Virus record (IMG/VR): IMGVR_UViG_2651870089_000025
Span: 1 to 64,000 of that record
Strand: one strand, 5' to 3'
DNA from: a virus
Lineage: Duplodnaviria > Caudoviricetes
Length of the DNA stretch: 64,000 bases
Shown here: one piece after another, positions 10,501-17,581 of the stretch
Position numbering within the stretch: the stretch's first letter is position 1
Layout of the letters: every line of letters starts with the position of its first letter
Notes under the pieces: generated by a model
Databases searched by the model: none
Told to the model about the DNA's origin: nothing
The model's input: only the letters and a program-made list of their open reading frames with translations
Made by a program: the position numbers and the translations under genes

Positions 10501-10598
10501 GTTAATCGATCGATTAACTTTTCCATTTGATCTTGAGTCGCCCAGTGGTCGTATTCACCGTACGGCGCGTTTTCACCTTGTATTATTTTTCCGGCCAT
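7557..10598 (-). CDS. Tape-measure-like tail protein
   Basis: 1013-aa, Ala/Gly/Leu-rich and helical-looking, with Gly-rich hydrophobic segments (LLGVIPFVGNILG; KFIPGVGILAAGAMG). Lies next to the hub/chaperone genes. Confidence 0.7.
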   Translation of the reverse strand: MAGKIIQGENAPYGEYDHWATQDQMEKLIDRLTKSGVSINNINVLIDQLNKLNSGGKTDSDTLKKLLKKSEEESQYNKRKESDDDDFYKGQRDFWKSSRDNANKTIQALKANSIKDALRDSGQLMLAPVNGMSDAFTKVSGIFMGLGSSVKNVVSSLLGVIPFVGNILGSIAGMLGTAIGGIVGGIVTIGTGLLGIVDSLGTSFLQLYNTGINLADGTTKSGQGLARLTQAASDARMSVGAFADFITENSRVSVAIGVDAMANLSKGVRTALLPMGSLGLTTAELNEYMGDYLETQRMLGVLGTMDQLQQQRYQQEYLMTLTRLTQVTGKHRSQLAKDMQQAMESNALQARMLAMDEDQRAAYLKTTTALNGLMASIDPGVAKDFMDGLGRGDIMLTDFGRNLATAGFTAEAEAMNRLIYSVNAGKMDAKSAQLEMARILETMRGNKKGMKAMAALAAVTDGTADSAIALALGLQKADFEALRAAISLRGVEGAIGSFDELMNQMQSTWTTFVAGLFADETFQKSLKGFTDKFTEILKPDGDFMKSMRGLANDLAPDLISGLESITDYMMTQDFKNMIKNIPNYIIGFGKAIKAGFEYIRGIFFKQDYDEYGKATGTWVVKSGDEILNGFSQMFDGVGEKVTQIIVDAFINIGAMLLDKVTGAFSNVYTDMKNSFLNSIGVGGGEGEEGAASSVDQAIVGGTAAYGAYKVSKGMARRRRETRLAAKAAIEAYEKAKLATAATDLKPDAKPDAKPGAKPDAKPGAKPDAKPGAKPDAKPGAKPGAKPGAKPAGVKGAGKAGNLLKLAGRGAKFIPGVGILAAGAMGAYDAFSGFNADENAGVSESLLNAGSSLVNGLTFGLVGKSPQEIAQEAAEQATTIGGGNFAPNVNMQDSDYKSTVRPNMRGQIESQQEVQPAMDITRSLADLTATLNAYKTSFDQDATFGQNAITNWTSMSESMNNYVKQANTEQLAILGEIKDIMNQMKVDQVNQMQADMYNSKSIVKAVKESSPYVS
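8229..8366. repeat. 12-bp GC-rich tandem repeat encoding AKP(D/G)
   Basis: About 11 copies of (T/C)GGCTTGGCA(C/T)C. The protein reads KPDAKPDAKPGAKPDAKPG... Confidence 0.95.
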
Positions 10599-10627
10599 AT
10601 TCTCTAAAATCCATGATTATATACGTA

Positions 10628-10671
10628 GATAAATAATCATATAATTGTATTATTATATACTACTATTTATG
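10628..10671. promoter_or_regulatory. Pair of oppositely oriented late promoters
   Basis: GATAAATA on + (10628-10635) serves the 10695 gene. CATAAATA on - (10671-10664) serves the 10598 gene. Confidence 0.6.
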
Positions 10672-10694
10672 ATTTTACTTTCGGAGAAATTTTA

Positions 10695-11549
10695 ATGTCA
10701 AACAGTAATAACCCGCTACAGGGATATTTGCGTAATCCTAAACTATATATTATAGTCCCTAGCGGTGGTAAGTTTTCAAATTTAGAAACTATTAGCGGAA
10801 TTTCAGGCGAAATTCCTATTTACCCGTTAACAAGCATGGATGAAACTATGTTGCGTAATCCTGATGCATTGCTTAATGGCGAAAGCATGGCAAATGTTAT
10901 TAAAAGTTGTACCGGTTTAACTAACGCACACGAACTCACATCCAATGACGTAGATGTAATTCTATTGGCAATACGTTTTGCAACGTATGGTGATGAATTA
11001 GAACTTACTCTTACATGCCCTGCATGTTCAGCGACAGTTGAAACAACTATAAGCATCGAGCCTATCTTAGAAACTGTTACCCCATTAGAAGACCATTATG
11101 ATGTTACGTTAGACAATGGCTTAATTTGCGATTTAAAACCTTATACATTTAAAGACAGCCAAAAGGCCGCACTAGCCGCGTTTAGAGAAACAACAGAACT
11201 TAACAATTTAATTAATTCTGATTCAGACGAACTGGCTCGCCTTGCAACATTTAATAAAAGTTTTGTTGCAATGGCAGAGTTAAATATTGAAATTCTCAGC
11301 AACGCTATTACTAAAGTTACTATTCCTCAAGATAACGGGGAACCGGTTGAAGTAACAGAACACGAGTATATCGCAGAATGGGTTAGAGGCATTTCAAAAA
11401 CACATGCAGATGTTATTATTGATAAGTTAAACGAAATTAATGAGTTGGGTATTGACCGTGATGTTGATACTACTTGCACAGAATGCGGGCATGGATTTAA
11501 AACAAGAGTGGAGTTTAACCCCTCAAATTTTTTCGATCTCGCCTCTTGA
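10695..11549 (+). CDS. Baseplate hub assembly protein/tail chaperone (T4 gp26-like)
   Basis: Motifs YIIVPSGGK, D..LLAIRFATYG, two CxxC (CPAC, CTEC) and a C-terminal NFF. SD GGAGA. Confidence 0.8.
   Translation: MSNSNNPLQGYLRNPKLYIIVPSGGKFSNLETISGISGEIPIYPLTSMDETMLRNPDALLNGESMANVIKSCTGLTNAHELTSNDVDVILLAIRFATYGDELELTLTCPACSATVETTISIEPILETVTPLEDHYDVTLDNGLICDLKPYTFKDSQKAALAAFRETTELNNLINSDSDELARLATFNKSFVAMAELNIEILSNAITKVTIPQDNGEPVEVTEHEYIAEWVRGISKTHADVIIDKLNEINELGIDRDVDTTCTECGHGFKTRVEFNPSNFFDLAS
11528..11534 (+). other. Putative -1 programmed frameshift slippery site (T TTT TTC; overlapping A AAT TTT)
   Basis: Codons AAT TTT TTC lie near the end of the 10695 ORF. The -1 frame is open from there into ORF 11546-11764. 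Confidence 0.6.
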
Positions 11550-11764
11550 TGGAAGACAAGTCTGAAGTAGTAGCATACCTACAAAATTTAAATAGCGAAG
11601 CAAGAGGCATAGAAAAATCAATATTTGAAATATGCTGGTATATGCGCGGCGGCATAACACTTGAAGAAGCATGGCAGTTAAGTTACGATCAACGTACAAC
11701 TATTTCTGAAATTATTAGTAAAAACATTGAGCGCACAAAAGAATCCGGCTTGGCACTATTATAA
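11546..11764 (+). CDS. Small gp51-like/tail-chaperone C-terminal ORF
   Basis: Motif ICWYMRGGITLEEAWQLSYDQR. Overlaps the upstream stop (TGATG) in the -1 frame. Confidence 0.75.
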   Translation: MMEDKSEVVAYLQNLNSEARGIEKSIFEICWYMRGGITLEEAWQLSYDQRTTISEIISKNIERTKESGLALL

Positions 11765-12312
11765 ACTCAGAGTGATTCATTTGTTTATTACATCATATTA
11801 GGAATGCCTTAACAGGCATTGTAAGAAGTTTCATTTCATTCACTTCTTTATATCTTCTCTTTTAAGTTTCATGTAGATTGTTTGGTCAGAAGGAACCTGT
11901 ATACAGGTTCCATCTGTTCTAATGCTTCATGTGAGTTCGCCTAGCCTAGACCGGAAGTAGGTGTTTTTCTGCTACACAACGGGCTCTAACCTTTCCCTAC
12001 CTACGTTGACATCGCTTTCGCTACCCGCAGCCTCGTTCCCATTGCATGCGGTTTTTATGTGTAATATGCAGTTTCTCGATAGCCAACATGCTACCTATGC
12101 TAATACTTAACTTCTTTAGACTTGAATTACCAAGGGAAGTGTCTCAGCATGTACGTGTGCTCCTCTCGGATGCTTTTTCCACAGCGGAATTTTAACTGGC
12201 CCGCCAACCTTGTGTGTTGGTTTCAAAAACAATTTGCCGGTTGGCGGAATGTGATGTGTAGTTGCCTTTTAACGTGCCTGTAAAATTTTATTTGACTTTA
12301 TATTTTTTATGC
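11765..12312 (-). ncRNA. Candidate large structured non-coding RNA (family not identified)
   Basis: ORF-free ~550-nt segment, GC-richer than its flanks, with many nested helices and two GNRA tetraloops on the minus strand. A consensus sigma70 promoter points into it. Confidence 0.7.
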
Positions 12313-12320
12313 TATATAAT
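12292..12320 (+). promoter_or_regulatory. Sigma70 promoter for the resolvase gene
   Basis: TTGACT (12292-12297), 17-nt spacer, TATAAT (12315-12320). Confidence 0.75.
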
Positions 12321-12347
12321 AATACACTTATATTCATATGATGTCAA
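12319..12347 (-). promoter_or_regulatory. Sigma70 promoter driving the candidate ncRNA
   Basis: TTGACA (12347-12342), 17-nt spacer, TATTAT (12324-12319). Confidence 0.75.
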
Positions 12348-12362
12348 CCGTTTTTTTAATAT

Positions 12363-12893
12363 ATGTCAGGAACTAAATCAAAAAATAAAGGCAAGACGTT
12401 TGAGAGAGAAATTGCTAACTTTCTTTCAGAAACATACGACGCAAGTTTTACAAGGGTTCCTCATAGCGGTGCCTTTGTTGGAGGTAAAAACGTTGTTCGC
12501 AAAGAGCAACTAGACGAAGAGCAAATCCGTGCGTTTAAAAGTGATATTATTCCGCCAACCGGCTGGGCTAAACTTAATATAGAATGTAAGAACTATGCTG
12601 ATTTTCCGTTTCATGCACTACTCCGCGTAAACGATATTCCATTGTTAGATACATGGATATCGCAAACATTAGAAGCCGCAGACGAAGGCGACTTTAATTT
12701 AATTATTATGAAGTTTAATCGCAAAGGCCGGTTTGTAATGTTTGAAAAGGATGCTTCGGCTAGCCGCATAGGCTTTCGGCAGCACTTAAATCCTGGGTTA
12801 CAACATGCACATTACAAAGGGTGGCTTATAGTTGATTTTGATGAGTTTTGGGTAGCAAATAAAGACTTAGTTAGGGAATTGTCACAAGGGTAA
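12363..12893 (+). CDS. Holliday junction resolvase (PD-(D/E)xK, Hjc-like)
   Basis: Motifs SKNKGKTFEREIA, RVPHSGA, SDII and IECKNY. Confidence 0.85.
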   Translation: MSGTKSKNKGKTFEREIANFLSETYDASFTRVPHSGAFVGGKNVVRKEQLDEEQIRAFKSDIIPPTGWAKLNIECKNYADFPFHALLRVNDIPLLDTWISQTLEAADEGDFNLIIMKFNRKGRFVMFEKDASASRIGFRQHLNPGLQHAHYKGWLIVDFDEFWVANKDLVRELSQG

Positions 12894-12920
12894 AGTGTTA
12901 CAGCAATAATAAATATTTGT

Positions 12921-13454
12921 ATGAAAGGCTTAGAACAGTTTCAGTTTGGTAATGTATATTTACTTAATAAAAAATACAACCTAGAAAAAATATTAGAAGA
13001 AATTTCTACGCTTCCTGATCTTAGTTCCGAGAATCAAGTTATGTTACAGGGAACCAAAGAAAATTCTAATTACCATCTTCATTCAACGGAACAATATGAT
13101 ATAAATGATTCTGTGTTTTCTGAGTTATTGTTTGACATACCGTATATAAACAGTATAATAAAAGAATTAAATTTATATCGAACAAGAATAATGGGATTAA
13201 AGCCAAAGACTTGTTTAACTTGGCATCGAGATCGATTTAGACGCATACATATACCTCTTATTACTCACTGGAGATGCTTAGTTGTTGTTGAAGACAAAGC
13301 AATTCATCTACCTGCTGACGGTAGTGCTTACTACGTTGATACTAGTAAATTTCATACTGTTTTTAATGGTACATTTGATGTAACTAGATTGCATTTAGTA
13401 GGTAGTGTTTTGCCGCAAATTATCGATGATAAGATAACAAGTTGGGCTGGTTAA
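12921..13454 (+). CDS. 2OG-Fe(II) oxygenase, Asp/Asn beta-hydroxylase-like
   Basis: HxD motif (WHRD), RIHIPLITH, and distal HTVFNG...RLHLV. Confidence 0.85.
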   Translation: MKGLEQFQFGNVYLLNKKYNLEKILEEISTLPDLSSENQVMLQGTKENSNYHLHSTEQYDINDSVFSELLFDIPYINSIIKELNLYRTRIMGLKPKTCLTWHRDRFRRIHIPLITHWRCLVVVEDKAIHLPADGSAYYVDTSKFHTVFNGTFDVTRLHLVGSVLPQIIDDKITSWAG

Positions 13455-13500
13455 AAACGAGAAATTTTTAGTGTTGATTGCTCGAATACAAAAATAAAAT

Positions 13501-13508
13501 GATAAATA
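13501..13508 (+). promoter_or_regulatory. Late promoter GATAAATA
   Basis: Exact motif 7 nt before the desaturase ATG at 13516. Confidence 0.6.
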
Positions 13509-13515
13509 CTAGTAA

Positions 13516-14241
13516 ATGATAGGATTTAATAAAGAAAAAAGAAATACTCAAATATTTGCTTTATTTGGGCAACTTGTGTTAGGTATACATATATATCTTT
13601 TTGGACTTTATTATCTATTATATATAATCCCAATTAGTTTAATATGTTATCATGTTGGTCACAGTATTTTTATGCACCGACACTTAGCACACGGGCAGTT
13701 TAAGTTTACAAATAAGATGCAATTTATATTACATATTATTGCTATTACATGCAATATGGGTAAAATCCCAGGATATGTTGCAATACATACGCAACACCAT
13801 TTGCATAGTGGCGACAAGGAAGATCCACACGAATGGAGATTACACGGCTTTTGGCCAATTTTTTTTAGTGAATGGCACATAGAAAAATCCCCAATGTATA
13901 AAAAATGGCTCGTAAGTAGTTTTAAACTAACGCCATATATGAAGTTTTTTACAAATAATCATTACTTGTTATTATCATTAATGCTACCTATTACTGGCGG
14001 TATTGTAGCCATGTGTTGGTGGTGGAAGCAATTTAGTGTTATTGTAGTACATCTAAATTTAGGAGATATGAGCCATCGAAAAGGAAATGATACTAGTACA
14101 AATAATAGTTGGTTATGGCCTATAATGTGGGGAGATGAGCAACATACTGAACACCACTTATACCCTAGAAGAGAACGCTTATGTAAGTATGATCTTTTAT
14201 TTAGATTAGGAAAATTACTCGAAGGTAAAACATATGAATGA
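13516..14241 (+). CDS. Membrane fatty-acid desaturase-family protein 1
   Basis: His boxes HRHLAH, HTQHH..S...DPH and HTEHH, plus hydrophobic segments. Confidence 0.88.
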   Translation: MIGFNKEKRNTQIFALFGQLVLGIHIYLFGLYYLLYIIPISLICYHVGHSIFMHRHLAHGQFKFTNKMQFILHIIAITCNMGKIPGYVAIHTQHHLHSGDKEDPHEWRLHGFWPIFFSEWHIEKSPMYKKWLVSSFKLTPYMKFFTNNHYLLLSLMLPITGGIVAMCWWWKQFSVIVVHLNLGDMSHRKGNDTSTNNSWLWPIMWGDEQHTEHHLYPRRERLCKYDLLFRLGKLLEGKTYE

Positions 14242-14929
14242 TCTAACAAAGATACATATTATAGCAGTTATAGCACATATATTAACTATAGTATATGCAT
14301 TTATCTGGCCAGTAGCAACGTTAGTAATGCTACTTCCGGTTAGCCTTATTTGGTTTCATTTAGGCCATGGAGTTTTTATACACAGGTATTTTACACATAA
14401 ACATTTTAATTTTAGTAAGTTGGGAATTTTTTTAGGACATTTATTTTATATTCCTACAAACATGGGCCTTGCGATTATGTGGAGTAGCATGCATAATAAA
14501 CATCATATGTATTCCGGAACAAATAAGGATCCGCACGAATGGCGCCAAGTTGGTATTTTAAAAGCATTAGTAAGTGATTACGGCGATGCCTTTTCAGTAG
14601 ATGTACGAAATGCAGTTAAAGCAAAGAAAGAACCGTTTGCTAAGTTTTTTACAAAGGCACATTATATAATATTAAGCGTATTGGTAATACCACTTGCTCC
14701 AGTTGTTGCAATGAGTTTTTGGTGGAAACAATTTACTACAATTGTAGTGCATTTAGACATAGGTGATTACTCTAAAAGGGAAGGCAGTGATACTAGTACA
14801 AATATAAAGTTTTTACACTGGTTAATGTGGGGAGACGAAAAACATAATGATCACCACAATGATACTTCTTGTGCTAATTTAGGCAACGACTATCTTTATA
14901 AAATTGGAAAAGTATGGGAAAAAATATGA
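14234..14929 (+). CDS. Membrane fatty-acid desaturase-family protein 2
   Basis: His boxes HRYFTH, HNKHH..S...DPH and HNDHH. Paralogous to the upstream gene (shared DPHEWR, WWKQF, DTSTN, MWGDE). Confidence 0.88.
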   Translation: MNDLTKIHIIAVIAHILTIVYAFIWPVATLVMLLPVSLIWFHLGHGVFIHRYFTHKHFNFSKLGIFLGHLFYIPTNMGLAIMWSSMHNKHHMYSGTNKDPHEWRQVGILKALVSDYGDAFSVDVRNAVKAKKEPFAKFFTKAHYIILSVLVIPLAPVVAMSFWWKQFTTIVVHLDIGDYSKREGSDTSTNIKFLHWLMWGDEKHNDHHNDTSCANLGNDYLYKIGKVWEKI

Positions 14930-15198
14930 AACTAATTATTAAAACTTTTAAAGAAGAAGGATGGCTTAAAGAGTATAAAGATGGGTTTGTTAGATCACAC
15001 ATGGATGCCGCTGATATACAAGTATTACAAGATGCATTATCTCCGCGCCGTATTAAGTATATTGACGGTGATTATCTTGTAATTGAAGACGAGTATGATA
15101 ATAAAATATCTGCTTTGAGAGTTTTAGCAAAAATACAAAAACTACAAAAGAATTTGAGTAATACAGGTTTTGAGGTCACAGTTGATGTTCTTGAGTAG
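14926..15198 (+). CDS. Hypothetical protein (90 aa)
   Basis: ATGA overlap with the desaturase 2 stop; inside the operon. Confidence 0.7.
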   Translation: MKLIIKTFKEEGWLKEYKDGFVRSHMDAADIQVLQDALSPRRIKYIDGDYLVIEDEYDNKISALRVLAKIQKLQKNLSNTGFEVTVDVLE

Positions 15199-15760
15199 TT
15201 ACACATCACTGCCAGATACCTTACTAGAATATTGGCATAAACAACAACACATTTGCAATGATAGAAATAAAGATTGGTTTAATAACTTAATACAAGACCA
15301 TAAGAGGTACGAGTTATTTACTGTTATGTCAAATAACAATGATATAGTTTCTTTTAGTTTAGTTCAAATGCAAGGATTTCCTAAATATACTGCTAGAATA
15401 GGAACTAGAACTTTTATTGATCCAAAATATAGAAACAAAACGTCTAGTTTAGAAAAAAATAAAAAAACAATAATTTTTCAAATGCTCAGAGAACAATACA
15501 GTTGGGTTAAGCAGAATAATGCTAAGGAAAATTGTTTTTCTAGTATAGAATTTGGTAAAACAGCCGCAATTAAATCGTGTGCTAAAAAATTTCAACAAAT
15601 ACTTAACGTTAATGCTATTGTTTTACCAAACTTGTACAAAATGTTTCGGAATACTTCTGATCCTAGTTGCTTTCAAAGCGTTATATTGTTTCCTATTACA
15701 TCGTTAAAGTTTGATTTACCTTGCGTATCAAGAAATAAAACTAATATCAGAGATAAATAA
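15185..15760 (+). CDS. GNAT-fold acyltransferase-like protein
   Basis: ARIGTRTFIDPKYRNK resembles GNAT motif A, preceded by the DIVSFSLV strand. ATG at 15185 overlaps the upstream stop. Confidence 0.55.
   Translation: MFLSSYTSLPDTLLEYWHKQQHICNDRNKDWFNNLIQDHKRYELFTVMSNNNDIVSFSLVQMQGFPKYTARIGTRTFIDPKYRNKTSSLEKNKKTIIFQMLREQYSWVKQNNAKENCFSSIEFGKTAAIKSCAKKFQQILNVNAIVLPNLYKMFRNTSDPSCFQSVILFPITSLKFDLPCVSRNKTNIRDK
15752..15759 (+). promoter_or_regulatory. Late promoter GATAAATA
   Basis: Exact motif upstream of SD GGAG and the ATG at 15784. Confidence 0.6.
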
Positions 15761-15783
15761 TACAAAAGACACCGGAGACCACA

Positions 15784-16089
15784 ATGGTTACACAAGTTTT
15801 AAAAATTAAATCACTGATACATCCCGATAACGTATATTCGTCAGTAACTGAATTTTGGTCAGAGCATAATACACTCACTCCAACTGCACACAGCATTGTG
15901 CAGGAACAACAAGCACAAGGACTAATTATAGATGTAAAATCTGAGATTGGTGCTGATGGAAAACATTTATTACAAACTAAAATTTTTGCTGATCAAGAAG
16001 CGCAGGATACATGTCGTGCACAACTGGCAGCAAATGCCGCGGCAGTACAAGAAATTAGATCTACTTTTGAAATTACCGTAGCACAATAG
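15784..16089 (+). CDS. Hypothetical protein (101 aa)
   Basis: Good SD and its own late-promoter motif. Confidence 0.8.
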   Translation: MVTQVLKIKSLIHPDNVYSSVTEFWSEHNTLTPTAHSIVQEQQAQGLIIDVKSEIGADGKHLLQTKIFADQEAQDTCRAQLAANAAAVQEIRSTFEITVAQ

Positions 16090-16146
16090 TATTAACTCGT
16101 ATAATTGTTTAATTCCGCTTTGCACAGTGATGAATCTATAATTGTG

Positions 16147-16842
16147 ATGAATAAAATATTAAAAACAATGTTAATAACTGGAACCTCTAGAGGCATAGGA
16201 AAAGCAGTATACGACTATTTTTATAATACCTATAATGTTATAGGCGTTAGTAGAACAGGTAATCCTGATATTAAAGGAGACATTACTGATATTAATTTTA
16301 GAAATGAATTAACACAGTACTGTACTCCTGATGTTTTTATTAATAATGCTGGTATACGATCATATCGCTATATGGAAACTATGGAAACAAATTTTATAGC
16401 AGCCGGACATTTAATGACGGAATTTTATAAAAAAATGAGCCCGGGTAGTTCTATTATTAATATAACCAGCAGTTGTGCAGTAATACACGGATACCCAAGC
16501 ATGACAAATTGGCGTATTATGTACCAAACGTCTAAAAATGCTCTTAAAAAATTAAGTGAAAATTTAAGTGAAAGCAGAACTAAAAATATACGTGTTACAA
16601 GTTTAGAACCTGCACATGTAGATACTGAAATGACTAGTGGAAAAGAAAATGAAGCACTTAATGTTCCTGCAGAAAATTATAACAAACAAGATATTGATGT
16701 TTTTTTGCCGATGAAAGTAGAGTATATTGCAGAAACAATAGAATGGGTATTAAAGCAACCACCATGGGTACAAATAAGTAATTTAAGACTACTTAATATG
16801 CATAATAAAGAATTGGCAGAAATGCCAGTCGATACTAGATAA
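16147..16842 (+). CDS. Short-chain dehydrogenase/reductase
   Basis: TGTSRGIG, NNAG, catalytic YQTSK and P..VDT.M. ATG at 16147 is preferred to TTG at 16105. Confidence 0.92.
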   Translation: MNKILKTMLITGTSRGIGKAVYDYFYNTYNVIGVSRTGNPDIKGDITDINFRNELTQYCTPDVFINNAGIRSYRYMETMETNFIAAGHLMTEFYKKMSPGSSIINITSSCAVIHGYPSMTNWRIMYQTSKNALKKLSENLSESRTKNIRVTSLEPAHVDTEMTSGKENEALNVPAENYNKQDIDVFLPMKVEYIAETIEWVLKQPPWVQISNLRLLNMHNKELAEMPVDTR

Positions 16843-16846
16843 TAAA

Positions 16847-17581
16847 GTGAAGTATCCGTTTTTAGACAACAATGAGTTTATACTAATTGACTATCTACCA
16901 GGATCATCTGGACAACTATTGCTTAGACTATGGTCTGAATTAGATAAAAAAATTAATTATCATAACGAAGAAATATTATCAAGTTATACCATTAACAAGC
17001 ACCCTGCATCTCGAGAAGTAAACTATAATATTTCTGTTCCAAAACGTTATGTAAACTGGTTCTATGATAAATGCCTGCCACAGTCACTTGAAGAGCAGTT
17101 AACTTTTTACGAATTATTAGGAACTCAGTTAGTTGCACAACAACAGAAATGGAATTGGAACAACAAACAAGCAAAATTTTTCTATCCAAATAAAGAGTAT
17201 GAACTAAAAAACAATCGTGTACTGTATGGAATGCATTTATGGAATTACGACATTAGTTTTTTAGAATTAAGTAATAAAAAACCTAACTTAAAGTTTATTT
17301 CTCTTATCCCGCAAACACCACAAGGCATAGCATATCAAGTAAAAAGAGGTATAATATGTTACCCGGAAATAAAGGATTTGAATCAAATTTCTTATAATTT
17401 TAACAATCATAGTAGGCATTATAATAAATTTGATTTCCTTACATATCTAGTAGATAAAGAATTTAGTGTTATATTAGATTGGCTAAAAGATAATATAGGA
17501 GAGTCGTATATGAAGGAACAAGAAAATACATGTATTAAAATTTTAGATACATATTATAACGAGGTTGTCAGTAATGTATGA
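16847..17581 (+). CDS. Hypothetical protein, possibly sulfotransferase/P-loop-like
   Basis: N-terminal strand-loop-helix ILIDYLPGSSGQLLLRL. The family assignment is weak. Confidence 0.55.
   Translation: MKYPFLDNNEFILIDYLPGSSGQLLLRLWSELDKKINYHNEEILSSYTINKHPASREVNYNISVPKRYVNWFYDKCLPQSLEEQLTFYELLGTQLVAQQQKWNWNNKQAKFFYPNKEYELKNNRVLYGMHLWNYDISFLELSNKKPNLKFISLIPQTPQGIAYQVKRGIICYPEIKDLNQISYNFNNHSRHYNKFDFLTYLVDKEFSVILDWLKDNIGESYMKEQENTCIKILDTYYNEVVSNV

Noticed and set aside
11765-12312. Group I/II intron, tmRNA, RNase P RNA or tRNA as the identity of the structured gap
   Set aside because: The flanking genes are intact, so there are no split exons. I saw no P7-type core, no GUGYG/domain V, no tRNA-like ends and no GAGGAAAGUCC motif.
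12262-12513. 83-aa ORF overlapping the resolvase
   Set aside because: TTG start without SD; it runs through the promoter pair and out of frame over the resolvase.
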